A stretch of 64,000 nt of DNA, taken from Pavona decussata. Taxonomy: Eukaryota. A model generated the notes under the pieces. It saw nothing but the letters and a program-made list of their open reading frames with translations, had not been told where the DNA came from and did no database searches. Location: NCBI GenBank assembly GCA_977016875.1, contig CDRNST010000090.1, positions 2,976,001 through 3,040,000 on the forward strand, read 5' to 3'. This document shows positions 1-13,385 of the stretch, piece by piece. Each line of letters opens with the position of its first letter. Positions within the stretch are counted from its first letter, which is position 1. A program made the translations under genes and the position numbers.

Positions 1-262
1 ATAAATGCTAGTAATTACACCTGCTGTGTATAGCAAATGTACAACAACTTTATTTGGAATTAAAAGTCTTATAATTACATGAAAAATATGCAATAAAATG
101 AATGTCACCATCCTTTATTTTCAACAGACAGTGCAATGATAAGCAAAAATTAAGAACACTTAAGAACACTTTCAGGCTGATTTCACCTAAAATACCCGAT
201 ATATAAGAACCCAATCAGCCTGAACCCCGGAAATGTGTGTTCTTGTATGCGGGTTTTTACTG
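1..262. mobile_element. Right part of a Tc1/mariner-type MITE (complete copy at 42510-43002)
   Basis: Ends in gggtttttactg+ta, the inverse of ta+cagtaaaaaccc at 42508. Empty TA site in unit 2 at about 16794. Confidence 0.75.
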
Positions 263-1046
263 TATATGCACTAAAAATATATTGAATAACTTCTGAAAGG
301 ATGAGGCATTTGTAAAGTTATTACGTTCATACGGTAACCATAACCAGACTTAAATAAATGCTATTAAAAAAGGAGTCGTGGAGCTCCACTTTTAGGCTTA
401 TTTAAATATATATATTAAGAGCATGTGTACGTGTCTGACCACTCGGCAGCACCGCCTTCCTGAAAGATTGACAAAATATGACCAGATAAAAAAGCCATAA
501 GCTTGTCATTCGGACGTTCGTGGACTCGTCAAAATAGTCTTCCTCCCGAGGACGATAATAAGTCGTTTCAAGAGTAACGAATTGATAAAAATGACATTTC
601 TAGTAATGAATAATGTGCACGAAGATAGGTGTTCGTAAGGAAACGCAGGCCCGTGGCACGTGCGTCTGTCTAACGTCCCGGTAACTTTCTTTTTTTTTTC
701 AAATCCCTTTTTTTGTCGATTGATGGTTACGATTAGTGCAACTTGCCCAATGTATTCCATAAATTATAAAGATTTTAAAATCAAGCTTTCAAAACAAATA
801 GAATCTAATCCCCGTTGACAGAATTGGGTGTCGTATAATTAGGTTTCCGGCCCGGTGAGTTGTCACGAGAGTCAAGAAACGAGCCCCTGATTATATGATT
901 CGATTCGATTCTATTCATTCTATTTATTATCATTCATTTTTGTTATTATCATCATTACTTCCACTGTTACTAATATTTGTTAAAAACCAAATTACTCAGA
1001 GGGTTTTCCCCTAAAACTATTTGTTGGTCAAGGATGGGCTGATTAC

Positions 1047-1691
1047 TTGGCCGAAATGAACAAAAATGGCACCTATGGAGATCATATCACTTTACAGGTT
1101 GCCTCGAACATTTTCAATATTCAAATAACTGTTCATTCTTCCCTCCGTGTGGAGGCGAACGCAATAATTTCTCCATTTACGGTGGTGGGAGTTGATTTGA
1201 ACCTAGGACACTTTGCAGAAGGGCAAGGGAAGCATTATGTGTGCTTAGAGGAAGAGGATAATGCTGCTGAAAACTGTTCAAATGAAATGCAAGAGAACCA
1301 GGAAGTATGGAATGAAGAAGAAAACGAAACGGAGAAAGCGGAAGTAAATAATGACAAAAAAGAAAGAAAAAGAATAGTGCAACCAACAGAGAGGACAAGA
1401 ACAGCGAAAGCGGGCGCTTGCGATGGCATATATAAGAATCAATATGAGAATGATAATCAGCAAAGAAGAAGATATTTGACCACCTTCGAAACGAAATCTT
1501 TGAAACAGCTCTACGATCTTACAGCAACTCAAACCCAAGTGATACCTGCATCCTTTTTCAGCAGACTAGGAATTTGTGCTCCCGATTTCGCCAGTGCGAC
1601 GATACTTTCACTTACTTGCTACCGAAAACATATACTACTGTGGCGGATCCCCTGCTATAAAAAAGTTGGGTTAAGACGTTTAATTAATTAA
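1047..1691 (+). pseudogene. C-terminal half of an OTU-like cysteine protease domain plus acidic tail (fragment)
   Basis: W(A)DYL..M..NGTYGDHITLQ...F.I.I.V.SS...LGH......HYVCL resembles the OTU His loop. The catalytic Cys segment is absent and the ORF has no ATG start. Confidence 0.55.
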
Positions 1692-3055
1692 GAGCAATCG
1701 TTGGCATCATGCATGGCTCGAATAATATGCCATAGGTTTAGGTTGTTTCAGAATTAAAAACATTTTTTAGCGCAAATAACATGCTATTTCCTTTGTTTAG
1801 TCATTTTTACCGTACTAGCGTGTTTTCGGTTGTTGTTATTGCTATACTTTGTTGTTGATATACCTGTTAGAGCAGTTTTTTGTGCCAGAACAGACAACAA
1901 CTAACGTAAAATACACAGTGTGATACGAAGTTCAAAGTTCAATACGATGTAATAAGTAATTAAAGTTCCTGTTCAAAGTCTTAGTATTACAATGTCCTTT
2001 CAGTACTTTCGTGGCAGAAGAGATCACGATAGACTCTCCAGATATTCCTATGCATTTTTTTCCCGTAACTGACCCAGCGGCTTTACAGCAGGCGGCTCTT
2101 GGCCTACAATCGTCGTCCGTCAAAACGTTTTGGGACACTTTATTAAAAGCGGAATATTGTACTAATTTTGTATGGGAAATTTAACAAGGGGGGGAGGGGG
2201 GTCAGGAATTTCCCGAGGTAGTTACGCAAATGTTAAGGTGTCCAAAAAGTTATGACGAAGATTGTAGTTTTAATATAGCCACAAGCTACTGTAACCTGGG
2301 GCCCAAGATCCAGTCCATGGCCCATGGCCCTCTCCCTTATAACAAAGCCGCCATATTGAATATTGGTAAACCCTTGGATCGAAGTCCAGTACCAATAGAT
2401 ACGTTTTTGACTTCCTGTATATCAGAATATTGCAAAAAAAAATACCTGGCATTAACTGTACGGAAAAGTTTTCAAAAATGATGGAATGCATTTTAAATAT
2501 TCATTTCATACTAACAATCAACGGTTATGAACATCAGCGGTGTCGGTTACCACACATTGGAAATAAATCATTACAATCTTCGTCAGACGTTATTACAATT
2601 TGCGATACTTACCTTATCAGAAAATTCGTACGTTGGATTTATTACAAAACGCTGCACCCTTTATTACACAATGAGTACATTATTGCAAAATGCCGCGCTT
2701 ATTCGAGGTGGACGCTTATTGGAAGGTGGGCGGTTTACCGAATAAATACGGTAACTTTTTACAAAATGCCGCAGTATCAATATTCATTTATCTCTTTTAA
2801 TCCAGGTCGCCATTTCACTTGTCATACGTTCGAATACGACTCAAGTGGAGCATATTGACATGCGGTCTGTTTATATATAAGTTTGTATGTTGGATGAACT
2901 GATCCAGGTTCTCCTGGCCTTTATTGTTTTTCGTGCCAAGCGAAAGTGATGGGTAAATAGTGGATCAGGCGCCATATTAGTGTCTTTGTACTCACTGTTT
3001 TCTTTGTTTTTTCCCCTTTTTTGTGGCTACCCTCCACTATAGTGCATGGAGCCAC

Positions 3056-3420
3056 TATGGGGGTGTTAACATAATATCAGCGCGACTTTCATTCCGGTAC
3101 GAGTTCACTCCGGTTACCTCTCATGGCTCTGTATTAGTTTACATGATACCAGTAGAAAATCTCATACCGGAGCGAGATTCTCATTTCAGTACGAAAACTC
3201 AGGTAAACGTGGTACGACTGTTCCTTCCGGCATGAAATCACTCTCTCAGAAATCTGAAACGGGTAGCGGGTGGCATAGTCTACGACATCCAATCCAAGAT
3301 GGTGTCACGATCACGTCGGCCGACATAAGCTGTCCCCTCATGTAAACACGGTATGAATCACGATGTCATGCCACTATGAAACTTGCACCGGGGCGAGTTT
3401 TCACATGTAAACACCACCTA
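3056..3420. mobile_element. MITE with terminal inverted repeats
   Basis: Imperfect TIRs tatgggggtgttaacat ... atgtaaacaccaccta. Paralogues at 19736-20254 and 45626-45990. Confidence 0.65.
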
Positions 3421-3544
3421 TGTTATCACCTCTGTTCGTGCACACGGCTGCTACTGTGTAGGTTGAAATGCAAGCTCAATTTACATAGCAAGTTTAATTT
3501 GTCTCAAAAGGGAGGCGAGTAGTTCTGCGAGTTATCGTAGTATT

Positions 3545-5560
3545 AGGAGTTAAACAGATTGGCTATTTCCCGAGGATTTTCAGCTGAAGATCTTAACGGC
3601 GTACCATTACCTGGGTCAGTGGATGTACTGGCTGATATTGGCGTCGAGACTCGATCAGGAATTGTATGCGATTTGGAATTCAGCTTTAATATCGTCAAAA
3701 ACCGCTTCGGGTTTGTGTTTAGGTCGGACTCGACAGAACCAAGAAACTCATCATGGCTGTTCCACTGCATGCGCTTAACTGTTTTGTGCAAGTTTTTTAA
3801 CTTTTCCGTCAGGTGGCTCGAGGAGATAGTTTCAGCTTTTGTCTTATAGATTCCTTTAATTAAGTATGGCACCAGACATCCAAGCTATGGGATTCCGTTC
3901 CTTAAGCCTCTTGGTCTGTATATAGTTAGAGACCGCAAAGGAAATGTGTCTTTCCATTGCTACTAATTGATAAATATATCGTCATTCGCTATGATCGAAG
4001 AGAGGTTAATTGCTGACAGAGCCGTACACAGACACTTAAAGTCGCCTTTTGCATAATCGTAGACAAATCTCAGGGTTTTTGGTGGGGCTTTTATAAAGGC
4101 GTTAAACTGGAAAATAATGACGCTATGGTCTGTAAAAAAAACCCGTATCTTTTGGAGACAATAGGTCAGTTATATTGACATTGTTGCCCCGAGTGGGTTT
4201 TTCATTGATTTGTGCATGTCAAGAGGTGGTCGTGAAGGGTTTCAATAAAGGCTAGTTCGTTAACACCCGATGCGCTGTCAATGGAGTCCCAGAGGATGTC
4301 TAGCAAATTGATCTCACCCGAAATTACCCTATATTCAAACTGGCACAAACTTCATGAAGAAAATTATCGAATACATCCATCCAACTTGGGTCTTCATTGG
4401 ATGGCCCATAGCAAAAACGGAATAAAATTCTTTGACCAGTAAGCGCACGTAATTTCGGCAAAAATGGTCTCAAGCTGTTGCAGCTCGCCTTCCGATTCAG
4501 GTTTAAGTTCTTTGACAGCTTTGAAGAAAGCTGCTTTAGTTGCGATAAGAACTCCACCACCACCTCGATCAGACCGATCTCTCCTGAATATTGTAAAGCC
4601 AGAATGCAATATTTTAGAGTTGCCGATATTTTGGTTCAACCGTGTCTCATTGACACATTTAAGGTCAGAGTTTTCAGTGAACACCAGGTCCTGGAAGCGA
4701 TGAAGAATACACACGGATTACTAGTTTATTGTGCTGTCTTTGTGTTAACTTTTTAAGCTTTTGGCATTCATCACGAGGCAATTGATCTTACCAGCAGTCG
4801 ACGAAGAAACCGGTCCAGGGTTAGGATTGATGTCACCAGACATCAAGAGGATGAGGCGAAAGGTAGCATCTGAGTTGTTGTAGTAACAAACGTGGCACAT
4901 TTTCATTACATGACACAGTAATAAATGTTGACTTAATAGCCAAAAACAGAAAAATAGCAACCGCTTTCACAGAGCTTTTCGAGTGAAGACCTGATTCCTT
5001 TAAAAATGTCAACAATCCATCGAAGGACAATCGTTTTCGGTAAAACGGTAATAAAAATTTTGAGAATGAAAAAAGGTAAAAGGAGTCCAAGACTAGCGGT
5101 ACCTCTAAGACTACAGGCCGTTTGACCACGAGTCATCCTTCTGTCATTATATCTTTTTAGCCCAAGAGCATGCTCAAACCGCAAAACGGACCACATGGAA
5201 GACAAAATGACTATATCGTCATATATATACATGGCTGAATCTCAGTTTAAGTCAGTAAGGTGAAACTGAGGTGCCAACAAAAGGGATCTGTCTCATATGG
5301 TCTCTCACTTACTGCCTTGTCGGGGACAAGGTATCAGAAAGCAGCGCGGAACCATCTCCAGCTGGCTTAAGCGAACCGTGCATCGTCATGGTACAACGCT
5401 CCAGCAAAGTGTCCAGAGGTACCGCTGTAGACTGTATTTATCTCTCTTTTTCAGCCATATTTTAAAAGGCTACCAAGTCGCCCGAAGACATCGTAGGGAA
5501 AGAAGTGTTTCATTTATGTCCCTTGTCATGTCCTTGTCAAATTGTCGACGGGTATTGTGT
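3545..5560 (-). mobile_element. Decayed CR1/L2-type LINE, AP-endonuclease region
   Basis: LLMSGDINPNPGP, NAKSL, VNETRL, GFTIFRRDRSDRGGGGVLIA and NPKRF motifs, with many stops and frameshifts. Confidence 0.85.
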
Positions 5561-5906
5561 AAATACATGTACGCGCTGGGTGGGGGGGGGGGGGGGTTGC
5601 AACCCTTAGGTGTCCAAGATCAAGGGCCTGTTTCACAGGAAATTCCTCCGCGAGTCTGGAGAGATTTTCGGAAAAAATGTCAGGGAACATGAGATAATTA
5701 CGATACTGCAAGATATTAAAACTTGGGCAATTAGAAATCTTTTCCGTGAACGACAACGAATAATTGAGAGGATATTCCAATTTTCCGGAAGAGGGTAATT
5801 TTATTGCACAAAAATGCCTGGAGAGGCCCATGCGTATTTTACGGCCTTGTCAAGTGGAGAAAAAGCGCTGGTCATGTTCTGTGTAAAATAGTATCGTATC
5901 GAGTAT

Positions 5907-6036
5907 NNNNNNNNNNNNNNNNNNNNNNNNNNNNNNNNNNNNNNNNNNNNNNNNNNNNNNNNNNNNNNNNNNNNNNNNNNNNNNNNNNNNNNNNNNNNNN
6001 NNNNNNNNNNNNNNNNNNNNNNNNNNNNNNNNNNNN
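5907..6036. other. Assembly gap
   Basis: Run of N following a (gtatc)n-like sequence. Confidence 0.99.
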
Positions 6037-7179
6037 TAAAATGAGCTTTGGTGAATAGCATAGTGCTACGTAACATTTTTCTCACCTTTTCATTGTCTTT
6101 AGAGACTATTTCCGCGATTTCTGCCTTGTACTTTCGTGGCCGGCAGGCTGACTGCAGTTCCCGGACACCACTCACAGTGCCCATGAGTCCCCCGAGCTCA
6201 GAGACCCCTTTTTTGCTCCAAATATTAAAAAAAAACTAATTTGACGCACTGGCGACCGCAATCCCCTAATCCTTATGTGAATAACTCCTGACTCGCGGGG
6301 ATTTCAGAGGTCGATGTGTCGACGACTTCAAACAAAAGAGACACGCACGTTATCACTTGTGGACTTTTAGCCTGTTTTATGTAGACGGCGGATTCACGGC
6401 TGTTGTCGATCACGCCGCCGAGTTGAAATAGTTCTGTATTATCGTGTTTAAATTGACAGCTGACATACACAGCGTGATATAGAGATACAAAGAACAACAC
6501 ATGATGGAAATCAGGGGAGCCGCCGTTATTTCCTGGCGCGCTACTTGCCTTCAAATTTCATTGGCAAAGACGGTGTTAGAGCGAAAAGTCAAGTGCGATT
6601 TTTTACGAGCCTGACAGGGGTGCTGACAGGCAGGAAAAACAAACGAGGCCTTTTTTACCCAGCTAGAACAAGCGTTTTAATAAAAATTCTCAGCAAGCTA
6701 GCTATTTAAAAACGTTCCAGCCAGTTAACCGTCTAATGTATTCAGTTCCCAGTCAGCTCTATTCCAGCCTACAAAGCGGGTTTTTACTCGAGCGGCCCCA
6801 TCTGTAACCTGCGATCAGGGGTTCTTTTTTTCGGGGGAGTGCGAAAGTGTGGCAGCGCGAGAGTCGGCGTTCGGAAGAAGGGAGTAAAAAAGGAACGCCA
6901 GATACATTACTGGACGAGTCGTCTGCCGCCCCTTGTGTGCTTACGTGATGTTTTCTTGTGTCATTCTTTTAAAGTAAGCCAATCAGATTTTACCGGAAAT
7001 GAACACATCTTCAGCTAATTCTCAAAATTTTAAAAATATTTTTGAACACTCAATATTATGCTACGAGCAAATGAAATCTATGATTTTAAATGCCAATTCT
7101 AAAATTTCTCAAACTACACAATGGCTTTCTCTAAGCCGAAAAAAGCTGAGCTCTAGAATTTAATTATTTCCAAACTTTT

Positions 7180-9445
7180 AGGCATGAATCGACGAGACAA
7201 CTAGTCAAGAAGAAGGTCAAGAAGGCAGCTGAGGTATTACTTACATCGACGGAAGTCAGAGAGCGGTCCATGAACAGCATCTTCCAATACTTCTCCTCGT
7301 GGTGCCGCTTAAAGAAATTTTTCGCGTAGATGCTGCGTTTCCGTGTCAAGTTACGACATGCAGTCGAACAGCGCAGGACTGGTCGCATAATTCTCACTGA
7401 GAACTCCAAGACAGATCCAATTACCCCTGATGAGTTGGAAAGTGCTGAGAGGGAAATAATCAGACATCTCCAAAACGAGAGCTTTGAAGAGGAAGTAGCC
7501 ACGCTGAAACGGTCTGGTTCCTCAGTTCCGATAGGTGAAGGGGTGAGGAAACGGCATATTAAGAAAACCAGCAAGGTCATCAAGTTAGATTCTCGATTAT
7601 TGGACGGCATTTTGCGCGTCGGAGGGAGGCTAGGCAATGGGCCTTTTCAACCAGAGTCGAAACATCCTATGATTCTACCCAAGTCTCATCCTGTCGTCAC
7701 ACTAATTATTCGTCACTATCATCAGGTATCTGGGCACTCAGAGGCAGAGTATGTTCTTAGCCTGTTAAGAGAAAGAGTTTGGATCATTGGCCCCAGGGCT
7801 GCGGTACGAAAGTCTCTCCGCGCTCGTGTCTATTGCAAGAAAAGACAGGCCCGGGTTGGCGAGCAGAAGATGGCAAATCTGCCTAAAGACAGAATCACAC
7901 CAGACAGGCTCCCGTTCACCTATGTAGGCGTTGACTGCTTCGGCCCCTTCTTGATTCGTCGTGGTAGGAGTGAAGTCAAACGTTATTGAGTTCTCTACAC
8001 GTGCTTAGTGGTACCGCGATACACATCGAAGTTGTCCACAGTTTGGATACCGATTCCTTCATAAACAGCCTGCGGCGTTTTATGGCCAGGAGAGGGAGTC
8101 CGGAGCGCATAAGGACTGACAATGGCAGTAATTTTGTGTCTGGGGAAGCCCAAATAAGACGTGCCCTTAGCAACTGGAATCAAGATAAGATAAGGAATTT
8201 CCTTCTTCAAAGGAATGTGGAATGGATATTCAACCCCCCAAGTGGCTCACACCATGGAGGAGTATGGGAACGTTGCATCAGAAGTGTCCGGAAGGTGTTA
8301 AACGCTTTGGTTCGAGAGCAATCGCTTGACGACGAATCATTGTTAACGCTTATGTGTGAAGTGGAGTCGATTGTTAACGGTATGTCCTTGGCTAAGGTTT
8401 CTGACGATTCCCGCGACCTCGAGCCTCTCACGCATAACCGCCTTCTCTTTCTACAGGCTGGCCCATCGCTACCACCTGGGGTCTTTGCACGTGAGGATCT
8501 TTATTCCCGTCGTCGATGGTGCCAGGTTCAGTACCTGTCTGATGTGTTTTGGCGCAGGTGGACGAAAAAATATCTTTCCGGTTTACAGGAGAGGCAAAGG
8601 TGGACCAAGCTGGAACGAAATTTTCAAGTTGGGGACATTGTACTCATTGCTGACGAGAAGCCTCCAATAGGGCTATGGCCCCTTGGTCGCAATGTCGATA
8701 TGAAAACAAACAGGAACGACGGATTCGTAAGAAGCGTCATGCTGAAGACCAGACCTACGATACTAGAACGCCCTATTGACAAGTTAGTACTGTTGGAAGC
8801 AGCAGTATCTCAAGAGGATAAATCACCGAAGCAGGACGTTCAATGAACAATTTGTTCAAAGATGAACTTGAAATTAGGGAACTGTATGACTATTGCAATC
8901 AGCATCTGCTTAGTCTATAGTTTTTTGAATCTGCCCTCTCTTCTCAACTGTGTAAATGCTTAAACTTCGCATTTAGGGGCCGGAATGTAGGATTTAAACG
9001 TGAACATTCCTTATACTTTAGATTTTTCTTGCTCATTATGCTTATTATGCTTATCACGCATTCCCCCGGCGCTGTATATTTTAGTCGCCTTTGCTTGTAC
9101 TTAAGGTTTTTGGGGCCTCAACCACTCATTATAATTTTCTCGTTGTCAACGCTCTTCGTCAGATCGATTTTCACAAGACTTCTCATCCTTCTACGCTCGA
9201 TTCATTTTTTGGTTGTGTTCTGGAAAACATTTGCAAGTGCGCAGTTTGTCAGTTGTTATTTCTTGTCTTTTTCCCTGCTACTTATTTATATTATTTCTTG
9301 CTTTAGTCGTACCATCACGATCATCATCATTTACTTAACTCTTCAACAATTTACCGTTCTTGGCCTTCGCCAGAACTTCAATTTCAAGAGTAGATGCGTT
9401 TGAATTCCAGCGCAACACCAGTAAAGTTCACCGATTAGTTGTATT
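7180..9445 (+). mobile_element. Bel/Pao LTR retrotransposon 3' fragment (integrase, PPT, partial 3' LTR from 8986)
   Basis: LRVGGRL, HPMILP, H..SGH, GVDCFGP, AIHIE, FMARRG, TDNGSNF, GGVWER, WPLGR, ERPIDKL. Purine tract ttaggggccggaa is followed by TGTAGG. Frameshifted. Confidence 0.9.
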
Positions 9446-9459
9446 GCCGTCTCAGTGTC

Positions 9460-10530
9460 AATTACAGCCAGAGCTTGACAAACAAGTTGAAAAGTTAATC
9501 AGAGCCTGCTACCCATGCCAATTGGTTGGACCCAGACCAAAACCAGAACCGATGAGGTCTACACCACTACCCCAAGGACCGTGGAGTGAAATTACTGTCC
9601 ACTTACCAGAGAGGTTGATTATTATTCAAAGTGGCCAGAAATAGCTTTTCTGACCAAGACTGTTATCAAATGTATGGAGAGCATGTTTCGCACTTATAGT
9701 TTGCCTGAAACACTCAGGAGTGATCCACCGTTTGCTGCCCGAGAATTTGAAGGATTCTTTGAGTACTTAGCAATGGATAACAAGAAAGACATCCCATATT
9801 GACCTCAAAGTGATGGTGAAGTAGAGAGGCTCAACAAACCCTCATGAAGGCAATCAGAATAGCACAGCTACAAGGCAAGGATTGGAAAAGATAAGTCCAG
9901 GTCTTTCTTTTCCAGTATCGTAGTACTTCTCATACTGTCAGTTCACTGTCTCCAGCTGAGCTTCTTATGGGAAGGAAACTAAGAGATAAGTTGCCTCAGG
10001 TTCAACCTCCTCGTGAACAAGCTACTGGAGCAGAGTGGCAAATTCTTCTCAGAGAAAGGTATGCCCGCAGAAAGCTAACTGAGAAAGAGTATGCTAATTC
10101 AAAGAGACATGCAACGACAAATGACATAGCAGAGGGCAACCTGATCCTGCTACGTCAGAACCGAGAAAACAAGTTGTCTCCAAAGTTTGAACCGGAGCCA
10201 TATCGGGTCGTGGAGAAGAATGGAAATGCCGTTGTCATTGAGAATTCCGCCGGCCAGAGCAAAATGAGAAATGCTGGTAACATGAAGAAATTTGTAGACC
10301 GAGGAACTGAGAGGGGTGCTACAGAAACCAAGTTCCCCGCTCCATCAATAGCAACTGATACGCCTAAGGAAGGTGTTACTTTCAAGCAAGATCCAGTAGG
10401 TGGATTTCAGCAAAATTCCCAACCACAAACTGTACCTCCTTTGCTGAGTCCAGCTCCAGAACAGCCACAGAGTCGTCTGGTTAGGAAAAGAGAAACCCCC
10501 AAGTGGATGAAGGACTTTGTTTGCAAATAG
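9460..10530 (+). mobile_element. Gypsy/Ty3 integrase fragment (decayed)
   Basis: DKQVE..IRACYPCQ...PEP...TPLPQGPW; PQSDGEVER; SPAELLMGRKLRDKLP; KLSPKF. Internal deletions and stops. Confidence 0.85.
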
Positions 10531-11827
10531 CGACTGAACTCTTCAAGACTGTTTAACATGTATCTATTGTTTACATTTTTATTCAATCATTTTGAGACAT
10601 TAGACTGTTAGAGCCCAGATTAGTTCGTCTTATTTTATTAGACTTTATGGGAATCTTTATTAAGTTGGAGAGTGATGCAGTGTATGCCCATATATGGTAT
10701 TTCCTTAGTTGGAAATGAACATGTGTTTTTGTAAGAGGACGCTATCTTGAACGGGGAATTAAAAACGTTGTGTTGTTTAGCTGTCTTTGTTTGATCCGCA
10801 AACGCTACAGATCCGCGGCACATGACATGCTCTGCCCCAATGGGAAAACGTATTTGATTTGGGAGGTATAACAATTGCAGTTATTTACTTGCTATGATTC
10901 TCTGTATCTCTAGGGCACTCGGCCGCTTCTGATAACTCTGTTATGTAGTCCTTAGGACTGGATAAGAGATAGGTATTCTTTATAAATAAATCTCTATTAA
11001 ACAGAATGTATATTGTAGTTGCCAAAAAGGTTTTTTCTTATTTTGAATTTTTGAAGCAGCAGGCGGTATGTTGTCAACCCGAGGTTTTCAATTTCACTGA
11101 AAGTTGTTGCGCGATCTAAGTGTCTGATAAGCTTTTTTCCTAAAGGTTAAAAAAAGTTTGCAGGAAGTAAAGAGTTTCCTTTTCGTAAAATGGTCTATTT
11201 TAGTTTTAACCACAATTTCGAACGGGCTTTCTACGTTTATTTATTTCCTTTTTGTGACTGAGCGGCCAATTTGCATAGTTAATTCTTTGACTCACATGAT
11301 ATTTAACCGTCTGTTATTAAATGACTGTAAGTAAATTTAACATCTCTCCATTTTGACTCGCAACAATATAATTTAACATGAAATTATGGCCACTTCTTCC
11401 TTTCTTTTAAAATTTCTGCTTCAACTTACGATATCCACATGCGCTCACAGAGTGTATATATTTTCTTATCGTTCGCGAAAAGCCTCGTTGGGGAAGTTCA
11501 TTAAAGTGTGCATGTATGTATTGTATGTATTCAAAATTTACTTGTCGTTTCCGCTTGTAATTTACTCCGTTTTAAGGCAATATTTAAATATAACGAATTT
11601 TTCCAGCTGGCATTATATACATTAGTAATAAGGCTGACAGTTTTAAAACAACGTAAAACTGATACCGCTTTTTATTAAGTGTCAGTCTCCGAAAATGGAT
11701 ACTTAGTTGGCACCGATATTTCCCTGATTCAAACACACGCTTCATCCGTGTAAAAGCAAGCAAATGACAGTGGGGAAAAGTTAGTGATCCAAAGAGAGGA
11801 AGTCGAAAATACTCGATCTACTTTGCC

Positions 11828-12781
11828 ATGTTACTGTTCGAGAAAGACTGCTCCGATGTATCTCCTCCGATGTTCCTCTCGTTCCTCACGACGATCATTT
11901 CTATCGTCCTGATCTTCTTTACAGTGCCAACCAACTTTTTAATCTGCCTAGCGGTGTTTAAAGAGCGCAAAATAATTCTTCGAAACGCATTTAACTGCCT
12001 GGTGGTCAACTTAGCATTCGCCGACCTCGTTGTTGGAGTTGTAGTGTTGACGATTTCTACCTACGTTCACATGTTAGAAGCAACAACAAACCATCCTAAT
12101 TTACCAGTTATTCCAGTGCTCCACATTTCTTATTTAATTTGCTGTACTGCCTCAACGCTCAGTCTGACAGCAATGGCAGCTGAACGATACATCGCTGTTG
12201 TCCATCCCGCTATCTACAGAAACATGATAAAGCAACGACACGCTCTCGTATCTTCTGTCTTTATTTGGTCTGTATCCATCGCGTTGCCGTTAGCTGTTTA
12301 TTTCCAAGTCGGTTTCATTAAATACGCTTTCATTTTTGCCAATACAACTATCGTTGTGACGTTGGTGATACTTTTCTTTTCGTACATCTCCATTTATCGG
12401 AAGCTCCACGAGCAGTTTAAAACGTCATCGCAAATACAATCGGAAAGCGCGCAAAGGCGAGCATTGGAACACGAGAAGCGCATCATGAAGACGTTTGTTC
12501 TCATACTAACGGCGTACCTCATTTGCAACGCGCCGTCATGCGTTATGATCTACATTTTGAACTTCTGCCGAAGTTGCAGCTGCATAACAATTCACTGGCT
12601 TAGAGATCTTCAGTTCGTCTTAATTTTGATCAACTCAAGTCTGAACCCTTTCCTTTATGCCTGGCAGATTCTTAGCTTCAGAAATGCTTTGTTAGCGCAT
12701 CTTCCTTGCAAAAGAGAAAACAGACGTTTGAGCCGGGTGTCCCCCGATCGGCCAGTTGCCAATAATGGTGCGAACGCATAA
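11828..12781 (+). CDS. Intronless class A (rhodopsin-like) GPCR, paralogue 1 (317 aa, frameshift-shortened tail)
   Basis: gccATG context, seven hydrophobic segments, LAFADL, ERY, TM4 W, CNAP, NSSLNPFLY and helix 8. Confidence 0.93.
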   Translation: MLLFEKDCSDVSPPMFLSFLTTIISIVLIFFTVPTNFLICLAVFKERKIILRNAFNCLVVNLAFADLVVGVVVLTISTYVHMLEATTNHPNLPVIPVLHISYLICCTASTLSLTAMAAERYIAVVHPAIYRNMIKQRHALVSSVFIWSVSIALPLAVYFQVGFIKYAFIFANTTIVVTLVILFFSYISIYRKLHEQFKTSSQIQSESAQRRALEHEKRIMKTFVLILTAYLICNAPSCVMIYILNFCRSCSCITIHWLRDLQFVLILINSSLNPFLYAWQILSFRNALLAHLPCKRENRRLSRVSPDRPVANNGANA

Positions 12782-13385
12782 ACAATTTGTCAGGAGTAGG
12801 TAGGACTGAAGGGGTGACAGAAACAAAACTCTAGTTCGCAAAATACTACACGTTTTAAAGTAGGAATCTTGACACAAACTTATTAGGCTAATCGGAAAAC
12901 AGAACAAAATGCTCAAGCTAACAATGCCAAGAAGTCCTGAATATGAGGAAAAAGACTTTTAAATTGCCAAACGTTACACTGTATAGCGCGACTGGAAAGG
13001 TCAACATAAAGTTTCAAAATGAAATGTTTTCTTTTGCCAACACGCACTCGCAACAGAAGTGAAAATATTAACCTGAGAAAAAAGCAGCCATGTTTATACA
13101 ACAAGGAACATACACGAGATCGAGGTTTCGGTAATAAAGAATTGTTTTTGCGATGCTTTGAAGTTTAATTTTTTAAACTCAGTTATGTCACCACGAAACT
13201 GGAGCGCAGAAAAGTTGTTCTAAAAGCTTCAGGGCGGCTCTTCGACATTAGACCGGAAAACCATTGAGATCAAACGGAGAGGCCTGGAGTACATCAATGA
13301 AGTGTTCCTGTCTAAGTGGAAAAAAAACTCTCTTCTTTCTGACAATGTTCATGCCTGTACTGCGATGAGGTCACCAAAGTATATC

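Noticed and set aside
5801-6184. ORFs spanning N runs (also near 48100-48660 and 58550-58950)
   Set aside because: They are open only because of assembly gaps.
9029-9403. Hydrophobic membrane-protein ORF (also 51443-51838)
   Set aside because: T-rich LTR sequence with a non-ATG start.
11828-12781. Opsin or aminergic receptor
   Set aside because: No Lys at 7.43 and no Asp at 3.32.
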